Shown here in pieces: positions 48,801 to 56,140 of a stretch of DNA of 64,000 nt. Every line of letters starts with the position of its first letter. Position 1 is the first letter of the stretch. Under the pieces are notes generated by a model. That model saw nothing but the letters and a program-made list of their open reading frames with translations, did not search any database and had not been told where the DNA came from. This DNA is from Candidatus Multivoradales bacterium. GTDB lineage: Bacteria; Acidobacteriota; Thermoanaerobaculia; Multivoradales; Multivoraceae. The position numbers and the translations under genes are program-made. The stretch lies in contig CBDCWI010000001.1 of assembly GCA_965223325.1 (NCBI GenBank), positions 960,001 through 1,024,000 of the forward strand, written 5' to 3'.

Positions 48801-51800
48801 CCAGCTGTTCAACGGTCGCGTCGGCGGTCACCAATAGCGAAGGTGAGTTCTACTTCATCGGCTCGAACGATCCTCGTGCGGCGGCGGCGATGGGCGACAC
48901 TTCTGTCGGCCAGGTGCCGGGCAGTATCGCCTTCAACGCGACCTACTACGTCAAGGTCCTCGACAGCAACTTCCAAGCGGGCAACGCCCTCGACGGCTAC
49001 GAAGCGACCGCGGCAAACCAGAGCAGCGACCTCCATGACTCCGACGCCAGCACCGTGAGCTGTGGTACCCGCAGCACCGGTCTCGCACAGCGCGCCGCCT
49101 TATCCTTCGTTGGCGCCGTCGTGGTCACCGGAGGTGCGGGCGCCAACAACCACGCGCTCGATCTCGGCTTCGGCGACAACCCCGTCGTTGGCCGCATCGG
49201 AGACCGCGTCTGGTTCGACGTCAATCGTGACGGCGAACAGCAGGGCGGCGAAGAAGGCATCGCCGGCGTCGATGTGCGCCTCTACGTCGACGATGGTGAC
49301 GGCGTCTTCGAGCCCGGCGGAGACGACACTCTGAGCGGTACCCGCACCACCAACGCCGAGGGTGGCTATGGCTTCTTCGGCCTCCTGGCCGGCGACTATT
49401 GGGTCGACCCGGTCGAGTCCACCCTGCCGACGGGCTTCGCAGCCACCGCCGGTACTCCCGCTCAGCTCTTCGTACCGCTGGCTTCCGGTCAAGACATCGA
49501 CACCGCCGACTTCGGCTACGCGCCCGTCACCGGCGTGGCGCTTGGTGACTTCATCTGGCACGACACCGACGGTGACGGTCTACAGGATCCGGGCGAAGCC
49601 GGCATCGGCGGGGTCACGGTGACCGTCACCGGGCCCGGAAGCTACAGCCAGGCAACCACCACGGCGGCCAACGGCTCCTACCTGGTGAGCGGGATCACAA
49701 CGGCCGGTGACTATACGGCAACGGTCAGCACCGGCACTCTGCCGGCAGGTCTGACCACCACGCCGACCAACTTCCCAACCGCAGCACACGTGTTCACAGT
49801 CGACCTGGCGGCCGACGTCTTGATTGCCGACTACGGTTTCACTGGCGGTACCACCGGCACCATCGGTGACTTCGTCTGGCACGATGTCGACGGCGACGGT
49901 GTCCAGGACGCGGGCGAGCCCGGCATCCAGGGTGTGACGGTCGATCTGACCGACAACTCCGGTGAAGTCCTGGCGACGATGACGACCGACGCCTCCGGCG
50001 CCTACGACTTCACTGGGCTGTTCGCTGGCAACTTCCGCGTCGAGGTCACCGACCTCGGTGGCATCACGACTGGCCTCACCTTGACGACGCCACCGAACCC
50101 GACGAACACGATTGCCCTAGCCGCCGGCCAGGACTACAACAACGCTGACTTCGGCTATGCGTCGGCGAGCCTCGGCACGATCGGAAACTTCGTCTGGCAC
50201 GACACAGACGGTGACGGTGTCTTCGACGACGGCGAGCATGGGCTCGAGAGGGTTGTGCTCGGCCTGTGGAAGGACGAGGACTCAAACGGCGTCTTCAACG
50301 CGGCGCTCGACTCGCTGCAACAGTCTCAGCTGACGGACCGCTTCGGCGGTTACCTGTTCAAGAACGTCAACTGGGGTTCCTACTTCGTCATCGTTCACGA
50401 CGACGAGCAGGTGACCGACGCGCTGTCGATGACCTCGGGCACTGCCGGCCAGGACAACAACTCCCAATCGTCACCGTACCCGGTGACCATCACTGCTTCG
50501 CGCGCACCCGCGGTCTTGACCGCCGACTTCGGCTTCACGGCGCCTGGTGCAGCGTTCCAACTCAGTGGCACGGTGTGGTTCGACAACGACGGCGACGGCA
50601 CACGCGAACCGCCTGATGAGTCGGGTGTTGGCGGCGCGACCGTCGAGCTCTACCGCGACATGAATGGGGACGGGGTCCTCGACGAAACCGACCCGCTCTT
50701 CGGAGTGGTGACCAGCCAGACGACCTCGCCTGGGCTTGGCTACTACGAGTTCACCGATCTGCCCAACGGCACCGACTGGATCGTGGTTGTCGACACTTCG
50801 GGTTCGTACCTCGACGGTGCTATCCAGACGACCCAGACGGCCACCGGTGGCCTCGAACCAGTCGCCATTGCTGGCGCCAACTCTCCCAACCACGATTTCG
50901 GCTTCACGCGGCCGTCCACCGACGCTCTGGTCAGCGACTTCGATGTGACTCTCGGCCCGGCCGGAGTGCAGGTCGAGTTCGCCACCGCAAGCGAAGTCGG
51001 CACGGTCGGCTTCTGGGTCTTCCGCGAATACGGCTCGGAGTGGACAAGGGTCAACGACGACCTCGTGCTGGCGGTGCCGGGAGCCGGTCAGGGTGCCAAC
51101 TACCTTCTGCCCGATACGACGGCGGAGCCAGGTGTCGCCTACGACTACTGGCTACTCGAGGTCGAGCTCAGTGGCGCCGAGCAGTGGCACGGTCCCTTTA
51201 CCGTCGCCGCTGTCGACGCGACGGCTCATCCGGTGAGCGCTCTCGAGTTTGCACCACGCGGCAACGAGTACCATCAGCGGCGCATGGAAGATGCGGGGCT
51301 GGTTCATCTCCGGTCGGCTGATTTCAGCCGCGAGCGCGATCGTACGGTCCGCGCCGGCGAGCCAGGCTACCGAGCGCGTCTCGAGGTCGATCGCGAAGGC
51401 GTCTACCGAGTGACCGCCGCCGATATCGCCCTGGTTACCGCCACCACCAGGCCTACCAAGGACCTGGTTGGATCAGGAGCGCTGCGCGTCGTCTCGAACG
51501 GCGAGGAAGTCTCCTGGTGGGCCGAAGGCGCCAATGCGATCCGCTTCTACGCACCCGAACCGGAGCGTCAATTTGCCGAGTTCGACGTGTACTTCATTGA
51601 AATGGTCGAAGGGACTGAGGCCGGTGCGATTTCGTCGCCGACCAGCGGCCCGACGGTCGCGACCTCTCATTTCGACAGGCAGCGTTTCGAAGAGGACATC
51701 TTCTACGCCACCGCCGCGCTGCGCGACGAGACCGTAGACCTTTGGTACTGGAAGGTTCTCGCGGCGGGCAACCCCGATGTCGGCACCCAGACGTTCGACT

Positions 51801-53461
51801 TCGACCTAATAGCCGTCGACGCCTCGGGCCAGGCGACTCTCGAGGTGGAACTGTTCGGTGCCACGACAGCCTCAGACAACCCTGACCACGGCATCATCTT
51901 GCGCATCAACGGTGCGCTGGTGGGTAACGTCGACTGGGACGGCGACGGAACGCGGACTCACACACTGACCTTCGACGGCAGCGTGCTGCAGGCGAACAAC
52001 ACTCTCGAGATTGAAGCGGTCCTACACGACGGTGTCTCCGCGAGTGTCATGTACGTCGACGCCTTCTCGGTGACCTACCGCAGGCAGGCACTGTCGGTCG
52101 GCGACCAGCTGCACGTCGTCTCCGACGCGGCGGCCGACCGCGAGGTCACTGGCTTCTCGACGCCGACGGTGAGGGCAGTCGACGTGACCGATCGCCGCGA
52201 TCCGCTGCGTATCAACGGTGGCACCGTCGACAGCGACGTCGGCGGCTACAGCTTCCGCTGGCATGCCGACGCGGCTTCGGAGTACTTCGTTTACAGCACC
52301 GAAGCGATCAGCACCCTCGTGCCGGTCGCCGCCTATCGACCGAAGGCAGTCGAGGCCGAATACCTGGTCTTCGCACCACCCGAGCTGCTCGACAGTGCAT
52401 TCGATCTGGCCAGCTACCGCGCCGCAGACGGCTACGCCACCAGCGTCGTCGAACTGCTCGATGTCTGGGACGAGTACAGCGACGGGCTCGAGAAGGGCGC
52501 AGCGATTCGCGAATACCTCACCGAAGCCTGGAACGACTGGGCGACGAAACCACAGTTCGCCGTCATCCTCGGCAAGGGCACGCTCGACTTCCGCAACGTG
52601 CTCGGTGGCGACACCAACCTGGCCCCGCCAGAGATGGTGGCCACACCGCAGGGTCTGTTCGCTTCGGACGCCGGCCTCGGTGATGTAGAAGGCGACGACG
52701 GAGTCCCGGAGATCATTGTCGGCCGCATTCCGGCGGTGAGCGAGGCCGAGGTCCTGAACTACCTCGACAAGATGGCTGCCTACGAAGCGAACGCCGGCTC
52801 CGGCCGCGTCCTGCTCGCGGCGGACAACGCCGACGAGGGCGGCGCATTCGAGCGTGAGGCCGAGGAAGTGGCCGGGCTGCTTGACGGTTACGAAATCGAA
52901 AGGGTGTACCTGGAACCAGGTGGTACAACCGAAGCGCGCGCCGCGGTTCGTGCTTCGATCGAAGAAGGCGTCTGGCTGGTGAACTACGTCGGTCATGGTG
53001 GCCTTGACCGCTTCGCGGCCGAGGGCCTGTTGACTACTGCCGACGTCGGCTCCCTCGGCCCGCAGGGGCATCTACCGATCGTCGCCAGCATGACCTGCAG
53101 CGTCGGACGCTTCGAGTTGCCGAACTACTCATCGCTGAGTGAGGCTCTGGTGACGAGTGTCGATCGCGGCGCGATCGCCGTCTGGGCACCGTCGGGTCTG
53201 TCGATCAGTGCGGATGCGAACCAGCTGAACAGGGCCTTCGTCGAGGCGCTGCGCACGCACTCCACCCTGGGTGAAGCGATGCGCGAAGCGATGCAGACCT
53301 ACGAAGGTGGCGATGTGGCCTTCCCCCACATGCTGAAGATCTACAACCTGCTCGGCGATCCCGCCCTCAAGGTCGAGGCCCTGCCTCTCCAGGAAGGCGG
53401 TCTCTTCAGCGACAGCTTCGAGTCCGGCAACACGACCGCCTGGTCGAGAGTCGCCAACTAA
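39806..53461 (+). CDS. Giant (~4,550 aa) secreted adhesin: three jelly-roll/MAM-like domains, about 22 SdrD B-like repeats, P-domain, C-terminal C25 (gingipain-like) cysteine peptidase and FSDSFESG tail
   Basis: Signal peptide at ATG 39806; repeats 'SIGDRVWNDxNGNG.DD.E.G...YDFTGL.AGTYCVDV...ADFGY'; P-domain 'DVNVALNISHP...FNGTDSQGTWEL'; C25 motifs 'VGRIP', 'NYVGHG', 'MTCSVGRF', 'YNLLGDPAL'. Confidence 0.92.
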   Translation: MSTHRPAVVPLLATLFLFALSAPTAAQVTLPWSENFDSTTNATYTTASTIVGATNFAYDPGAADNGRVRTRAITGNGGSIGSLAFDTSSGSADNFVNLTLDLSSYNTSQTILLNYYNNDIGDETHSQDQVWVRGSSVDSWLLVESWQNRTTHVWIPHKDINLTSILVAGGQSFSATTAIRFGQYDTVGISGDGLGIDDVCVRVQGQSCPGTTSGTASIGDRIFIDANGNGIDDGESGYPNAEVLLRASTCTGVVLDVATTNSTGAYDFTGLAAGTYCVDVSASTISYVYTLTTSNEPLTKTLTAGEDYNGADFGYQNQTGSIGDRIFNDANGNGTDDSEAGISGVQLYLRQNSCSNGPSYLRTTSATGAYDFTGIAPGTWCVDVLENTLPAGYTLTTANEPKLVTLPALGDINNVDFGYQAPAPVLPFYEDFEATSSATYTTAATIVGATDFSYDPATVDTGRLRTRAIAGHGSSTGVLSMDATGGNSDNYVILELDLSAYAVASDTVVLDYWFIDHQDETHATYDTVWVRGSNTDTWIELNSWQGGSVNVWVQKTSLDITDALCKGPAPLPSCTPSSPVQDFSSTFQIRWGQYDNTTIAGTDGMSFDDVCVRKSTQTCSPPPTGTASIGDRVYNDVNGNGADDSEAGLSGVQVHLRSGSCGGAILSSKTTTSTGAYDFTSLAAGTYCVDVNAATLPSGYVLTTSNEPYLKTLTAAEDHNGADFGYQQQNASIGDRVFHDVNKNGTDDSEAGLSGVTVQLRSGSCSGSVVSTKVTTSTGAYDFTGLAAGTYCVDVTAGVPAGYSLTTSNEPLTTTIAAGQDYNSGDFGYALSTGVTLPYIEDFESTTSATYTTASTIAGATKWSYDPGAADNGRLRTQALAGNGGSTGALILDTSSGYADGFAVLTLDLSSYTTAQTILIDYYINDIGDETHTQDKVHVRGSSSDPWVVVENAWANNSNHYTWMPHKNLDLSAILLANSQNFSSTTAVRWGQYDNASTNADGLGIDDVCVRVAGQSCGGSTGTGSIGDRVWNDINGNGTDDSEAGLAGVQVMLKSGTCGGVVLDYQVVPASGAFDFTNLAAGTYCVDVNASTVPSGYYLTTSNEPLTYTLAAAQDYNGADFGYQYQAGSIGDRVWNDANGNGIDDSEAGISGVQIYLRANSCSNGPSYGRTTLADGSYDFTNIPPGTWCVDIIEASLPAGYTPTTTEPVLVTLPVLGDINTADFGYCSGCGSSVPSIGDRIWNDANGNGTDDSEAGISGVTVNLRSGTCSGSVTATKVTTSTGAYDFTGLTAGTYCVDVDASTLPAGFVLTTGNEPLTYTVGAAEDFNGADFGYQQQNASIGDRVFDDANGNGTDDSESGIQSVTVWLKSGSCSGSTVSTKVTTATGAYDFTGLAAGTYCVDISEATLPAGYSLTTSNEPKLVTLTAGQDDNTADFGYSNSPPTVGTIGDRVWDDLNNNGVDDGEPGLNGIEFFLRSGSCTGSVVDLVTSNASGAYDFTNVSAGTYCVDVRGSSIPSGYSLTTGNEPLLVTLAAGQDYNSADFGYHRAASIGDRVYDDTNGNGFDDGEPGLSGVNVRLRSGSCAGSIISSQATSGGAYDFTGLSAGTYCVDVQESTLPPGGYALTSANNPMLVTVTNGQDWNGSDFGYRIGGPVLAPITATYENTTASAVDEISKTLTPCSTPLKRTFVVADSITLSDVNVALNISHPRPYQMSIDIKGPTGLTRTIVSGNASTSDPNIDAIIDKASSLPLDDGDRLDNVGVPYYDRVATPYVMGGGLSLDDFNGTDSQGTWELLICDWLPGYHGTFHRAQLQLSGTGVGGSSVGNRVWLDANANGIDDGEAGISGVRVDLRHGSCAGAIVDSKLTSATGAYNFTAIRRGQYCVDVDESTLPVGAVLSGGLEPHLTSVLTAGQAYNQADFGYRIDNASVGDRVWNDVNSNGSDDSEPGLAGVRLVLRQDDCSGPVLAMQITDTSGAYDFTQLGPGDYCVDVDEASLPAGSTHTGGTEPRLLTLNPGQDLNTVDVGYNAPGTGTGSIGDLIYEDVNTSGTYDAGDLPLPGIVVELQSAGCTAGVNCPRTTTDSSGQYLFGNLPATTFNVKLVNSLLPTGTIKTTIDPINVALGAGQNYTTADFGLDTPVMIRGCFWEDKNYDGIRGPGEDYGISDGVSLRAQRTVSPLTTYSASVNYATGCYEITGFSAAEHTLSANLKTAYSFSDISPLNSAGKNGMRWHTLVDIGGDEQFDNDFGPGDGYYIHGGVHGPVFTHNGIGTVSNIDVGYVWNPVLGDKVWHDVDQDGTQDASEPGVPGVTVEVWRPDGTVPYYTTVTDHDGTWEAGNFFSRRAIGKASELTPEDDHREGDMLPGEWYVKYILPNGTAYQFSPQDAAGDDALDSDANASGQTDVFTLLSNSTKDEASDPDYDAGVYTSCSSTSGKIKGIVFQDYNGNGFMDPLEGFFAGTVVKAYDKTNSVIASTTTASDGTYALSVPNGKAVRIEFSSLANNSNPGPVGNGAGATVQFATSPACGVNLAITRFEDYCQPNPRVASACYVESGGDQSLAAILDVPWDISEADPPWFQSGLHNYPADASEIGSVYGLAYHRSSQQLLAGAMASAGTNLPPDGLGAIYSIDYKTTPETITLFIDVAAAMQSRFGISNYSGTIADPPPADDPKIAKVGLGDIELSDDQQTLWVMSIADSYRELLELPLGAGGTAPAPADIERHPLPLNQLDCTNDNDIRPWGLGMNHSDSNDDLVYVGVVCSAESTGDVENLRAYVYTFNPTGNTWAQIINMPIAWKHYDYNSSYWQEWEDSQDDAEPVIADIEFDRGDMVLGIRARGGDSAHNASSPTGDMIRVCKSGAVWEVESNGTCGGRTTLGANSAQGIGGGEYYWADDSANGWGEIFTGGMATRPGFSELVAANKDGHYRWHNGFSWVTSMGNRTRMYDIFEGHGNQYGKTNGLGDVEVLCDAPPIEIGNRVWADIDENGIQDPGESPLAGVALELVDASCSTVASAVTNSEGEFYFIGSNDPRAAAAMGDTSVGQVPGSIAFNATYYVKVLDSNFQAGNALDGYEATAANQSSDLHDSDASTVSCGTRSTGLAQRAALSFVGAVVVTGGAGANNHALDLGFGDNPVVGRIGDRVWFDVNRDGEQQGGEEGIAGVDVRLYVDDGDGVFEPGGDDTLSGTRTTNAEGGYGFFGLLAGDYWVDPVESTLPTGFAATAGTPAQLFVPLASGQDIDTADFGYAPVTGVALGDFIWHDTDGDGLQDPGEAGIGGVTVTVTGPGSYSQATTTAANGSYLVSGITTAGDYTATVSTGTLPAGLTTTPTNFPTAAHVFTVDLAADVLIADYGFTGGTTGTIGDFVWHDVDGDGVQDAGEPGIQGVTVDLTDNSGEVLATMTTDASGAYDFTGLFAGNFRVEVTDLGGITTGLTLTTPPNPTNTIALAAGQDYNNADFGYASASLGTIGNFVWHDTDGDGVFDDGEHGLERVVLGLWKDEDSNGVFNAALDSLQQSQLTDRFGGYLFKNVNWGSYFVIVHDDEQVTDALSMTSGTAGQDNNSQSSPYPVTITASRAPAVLTADFGFTAPGAAFQLSGTVWFDNDGDGTREPPDESGVGGATVELYRDMNGDGVLDETDPLFGVVTSQTTSPGLGYYEFTDLPNGTDWIVVVDTSGSYLDGAIQTTQTATGGLEPVAIAGANSPNHDFGFTRPSTDALVSDFDVTLGPAGVQVEFATASEVGTVGFWVFREYGSEWTRVNDDLVLAVPGAGQGANYLLPDTTAEPGVAYDYWLLEVELSGAEQWHGPFTVAAVDATAHPVSALEFAPRGNEYHQRRMEDAGLVHLRSADFSRERDRTVRAGEPGYRARLEVDREGVYRVTAADIALVTATTRPTKDLVGSGALRVVSNGEEVSWWAEGANAIRFYAPEPERQFAEFDVYFIEMVEGTEAGAISSPTSGPTVATSHFDRQRFEEDIFYATAALRDETVDLWYWKVLAAGNPDVGTQTFDFDLIAVDASGQATLEVELFGATTASDNPDHGIILRINGALVGNVDWDGDGTRTHTLTFDGSVLQANNTLEIEAVLHDGVSASVMYVDAFSVTYRRQALSVGDQLHVVSDAAADREVTGFSTPTVRAVDVTDRRDPLRINGGTVDSDVGGYSFRWHADAASEYFVYSTEAISTLVPVAAYRPKAVEAEYLVFAPPELLDSAFDLASYRAADGYATSVVELLDVWDEYSDGLEKGAAIREYLTEAWNDWATKPQFAVILGKGTLDFRNVLGGDTNLAPPEMVATPQGLFASDAGLGDVEGDDGVPEIIVGRIPAVSEAEVLNYLDKMAAYEANAGSGRVLLAADNADEGGAFEREAEEVAGLLDGYEIERVYLEPGGTTEARAAVRASIEEGVWLVNYVGHGGLDRFAAEGLLTTADVGSLGPQGHLPIVASMTCSVGRFELPNYSSLSEALVTSVDRGAIAVWAPSGLSISADANQLNRAFVEALRTHSTLGEAMREAMQTYEGGDVAFPHMLKIYNLLGDPALKVEALPLQEGGLFSDSFESGNTTAWSRVAN

Positions 53462-53486
53462 ACGGCCCGTCGCCCCAAGCTTTCCC

Positions 53487-53560
53487 AGAATCACCCCAGT
53501 CATTCGACCGGGAAACGCCCGGGAAACGCCCGGGAATTGCCCGGGAGATGCCCGGGCGGG
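53487..53560. repeat. Conserved 15-mer plus five 11-bp tandem units (copy 2 of a dispersed element)
   Basis: AGAATCACCCCAGTC then GACCGGGAAAC/GCCCGGGAAAC/GCCCGGGAATT/GCCCGGGAGAT/GCCCGGGCGGG. Confidence 0.7.
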
Positions 53561-53568
53561 TCTCTTGA

Positions 53569-53598
53569 TTGACAAATGACTGACTGGTCAGTTAGTTT
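53569..53598 (+). promoter_or_regulatory. Promoter with overlapping TetR operator; probable leaderless transcript
   Basis: TTGACA (53569-74) and TAGTTT (53593-98), ending 6 nt before ATG 53605; imperfect palindrome TGACTGAC-TG-GTCAGTTA (53577-53594) across the spacer. Confidence 0.7.
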
Positions 53599-53604
53599 TT
53601 TGAG

Positions 53605-54237
53605 ATGCTTCTCCGCGCACGGACTGATGCCGCCAAGGACGTCCGCCGGCAGGCGTTTCTCGATGCGGCCCTCGTCGAGTTCTTCGAGCATGGCTTCGCC
53701 GCCTCGCGCATGGACGACATCGCACGGCGAGCTCGGCTTTCCAAGGGCACGCTCTACCTCTACTTCGATTCCAAGCACGATCTCTTCACCGGCCTGGTCG
53801 ACGCGCTCGCGATACCCAACGTCGAGCACTTCGAAAGGATCGCAGAGGATGTAGACGATGCACCCACCGCGATCCGTGTGCTGCTTCAGGCTGCAGCCCA
53901 CATGGTTCGTGAGTCACCCCTTCCGCGGGTGGTCAAGGTGTTGATCGCTGAGGCCGGCGTCTTCCCCGAGCTCGTGCAAAGCTACCGGCATCAGGTCGTC
54001 GAACGGGTTCTCCGAGCGATCACGAAGATTCTCGAGGGAGGGCATGAGCGCGGCGAGCTGACGGTGCCCGACCCAGCGCTCACTGCGCGCATCGTTGTGG
54101 CCCCTGTCATCTTTTCGGCACTGTGGAAAGTCATCTTCGAAACCGACGGCGACGAGCCGGTCGACCTCGATGCGCTCTTCGCGCTGCACGCCGACACCCT
54201 GCTCGAAGGCCTCTCTGCTGGCGAGACAACACAATGA
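53605..54237 (+). CDS. TetR/AcrR family regulator of the efflux operon
   Basis: 'FLDAALVEFFEHGFAASRMDDIARRARLSKGTLYLYFDSK'. Confidence 0.93.
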   Translation: MLLRARTDAAKDVRRQAFLDAALVEFFEHGFAASRMDDIARRARLSKGTLYLYFDSKHDLFTGLVDALAIPNVEHFERIAEDVDDAPTAIRVLLQAAAHMVRESPLPRVVKVLIAEAGVFPELVQSYRHQVVERVLRAITKILEGGHERGELTVPDPALTARIVVAPVIFSALWKVIFETDGDEPVDLDALFALHADTLLEGLSAGETTQ

Positions 54238-55214
54238 ACCATCACACCCTTTATCCGGGCACCCTTTCTCCGGTCCTCTTCCTCGCCGCACTTTGGATCG
54301 CAGCCTGCCATCCGATGAGAGCGACCGACACCCTGCCCGGCTGGGTGGAAGCCGAGCTGGTATACGTCGCCGCGCCGGCCTCCGGCTGGCTGCTCGGCTC
54401 GGCGGTGGCCGAAGGCGATGAGGTGGTTCCAGGCGATCTCCTCTTCGAGCTCGAGAGTGAACTCGAAAGGGCGCAGCTCGACGAAGCCGAAGGCGGCCTT
54501 CGCCAGAGCGACGCCCAGGCTCGAGACATCGCAACGGGTGCGCGAGAAGAAGAGATCGCCGCCCTCGAGGGTCAGCTCGCCGAGGCCCAGGCGGCGCTCG
54601 CCCTCGCCACCTCGGAACGAGGTCGATGGGAAGCCCTGGCTGACGACGGCATCGCCTCTCGAAAACGCGCCGACCAGGCGGTGGCGGAGCACGAGGCAGC
54701 CACCGCGCGCGTTGAGACTCTCGAAGCCAACATCGAAGTGGCGCGGCTCGGTGGCCGCCAGGGTGCCCGGGCGGCAGCAAGAGCGACGGTCGAAGCGGCC
54801 GAGTCGGCAGTGCGGCAGGCACGCTGGCGACTCGAAGAACGGCGCGTCGAGTCACGCGTCGCGGGGCGTGTCGAAGAGGTGTTCCACCATCCGGGCGAGT
54901 TCGTCACCGCCGGGTCGCCGGTGCTCGCGCTGCTTCCCCCGAGCGGGCTCGAAGTGCGCTTCTTCGTCTCCGCGCCGCAGCTCTCGAGCATTGCGCTCGG
55001 CGACCCGGTCGACGTTCTGGTTTTCTCTTCCGACGGCGAGGCGCAGGTGGTCGCTCGAGCAAGCCTCTCCTACATCGCTCGCGAGGCCGAGTTCACGCCA
55101 CCCGTGAACTACAGCAAGGACACGCGCGACAAGCTGGTCTTCCTGGTCAAGGCTCGCCCTGACGATGCCGCTCTCTTGCGACCGGGCCTTCCGGTCGACG
55201 TCCTTCTGCGATGA
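54234..55214 (+). CDS. HlyD-family membrane fusion protein (YbhG-like)
   Basis: Possible lipobox 'IAAC', biotinyl-lipoyl-like 'VAEGDEV..GDLLF', coiled coil, 'EAEFTPP', 'LRPGLPV'; ATGA overlap with TetR. Confidence 0.9.
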   Translation: MNHHTLYPGTLSPVLFLAALWIAACHPMRATDTLPGWVEAELVYVAAPASGWLLGSAVAEGDEVVPGDLLFELESELERAQLDEAEGGLRQSDAQARDIATGAREEEIAALEGQLAEAQAALALATSERGRWEALADDGIASRKRADQAVAEHEAATARVETLEANIEVARLGGRQGARAAARATVEAAESAVRQARWRLEERRVESRVAGRVEEVFHHPGEFVTAGSPVLALLPPSGLEVRFFVSAPQLSSIALGDPVDVLVFSSDGEAQVVARASLSYIAREAEFTPPVNYSKDTRDKLVFLVKARPDDAALLRPGLPVDVLLR

Positions 55215-56140
55215 ACCGCGACCTCGCCATCGACGTCCGCGGCCTGGTCAAACGCTTCGGCGACGTGACCGCGGTCGACGGAGTCGACGTGCAGATGCCG
55301 CGCGGCCAGGTCTGGGGCTTCCTTGGGCCAAACGGATCCGGCAAGACCACGACGATCCGCATGATCTGTGGACTCCTACGGCCAACCGCCGGCGAGGGGA
55401 CCTGCCTGGGCTTCGACATCCGCCGCCAGGCCGCCGAGATCAAGCGCCGCACCGGCTACATGACCCAGAAGTTCTCGTTCTGGACCGACCTGACGATTCG
55501 CGAGAACCTCGAGTTCGTTGGCCGCCTCTATGGCATGGAGGACCTCGATGTCGCGGTGGGCAGCACGCTTCGAACCCTCGGATTGCTCGACCGCCACGAC
55601 CAACTCGCCGGTGCGCTGTCGGGCGGCTGGAAGCAGCGCCTGGCGTTGGCCGCGGTGACCATGCATCGCCCGCAGCTGCTTCTCCTCGACGAACCGACCG
55701 CGGGCGTCGACCCGCAGGCTCGGCGCGACTTCTGGGACGAGATCCATCGGTTGTCGTCGGCCGGGCTGACCGTTCTGGTCTCGACCCACTACATGGACGA
55801 AGCCGAGCGCTGCGACCGAATCGTCTACCTGACACACGGACGCGTGGTGGCAATGGGCAGTGTCGCCGAGATCATCGACGCCTCGCATCTGGTCACCTTC
55901 GTCGCCCGTGGCGACGGGGTTCGCCAAGCAGCCGAAGCGCTACGCCAACAAACATCGGTCCAGTACGCGTCGTACTTTGGCGCCGCCTTGCATGCCAGCG
56001 GGACCGATCGAGCAGCGCTCGAAGCGGCCATCGATCAGGCCGGCCGCGGCCTTGACTGGCAAGAGGTCGAACCGAGTCTCGAAGACGCCTTTATCGCCAT
56101 GATGGAGCGCGCCGGCAACGACCCGAGGCAACACGCATGA
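55211..56140 (+). CDS. ABC transporter ATP-binding protein (YbhF-like)
   Basis: GPNGSGKTT, LSGGWKQR, LLLDEPT, 'STHYMDEAE'. Confidence 0.95.
   Translation: MNRDLAIDVRGLVKRFGDVTAVDGVDVQMPRGQVWGFLGPNGSGKTTTIRMICGLLRPTAGEGTCLGFDIRRQAAEIKRRTGYMTQKFSFWTDLTIRENLEFVGRLYGMEDLDVAVGSTLRTLGLLDRHDQLAGALSGGWKQRLALAAVTMHRPQLLLLDEPTAGVDPQARRDFWDEIHRLSSAGLTVLVSTHYMDEAERCDRIVYLTHGRVVAMGSVAEIIDASHLVTFVARGDGVRQAAEALRQQTSVQYASYFGAALHASGTDRAALEAAIDQAGRGLDWQEVEPSLEDAFIAMMERAGNDPRQHA

Noticed and set aside
40450-50900. DNA repeats within the giant gene considered as DGR template/variable repeats
   Set aside because: They are in-frame protein-domain repeats, I saw no adenine-specific mismatch pattern by eye, and no reverse transcriptase is nearby.
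53506-53560. Tandem repeats considered as a CRISPR array or iterons
   Set aside because: Units are 11 bp with no unique spacers, and no cas or rep gene is in the window.
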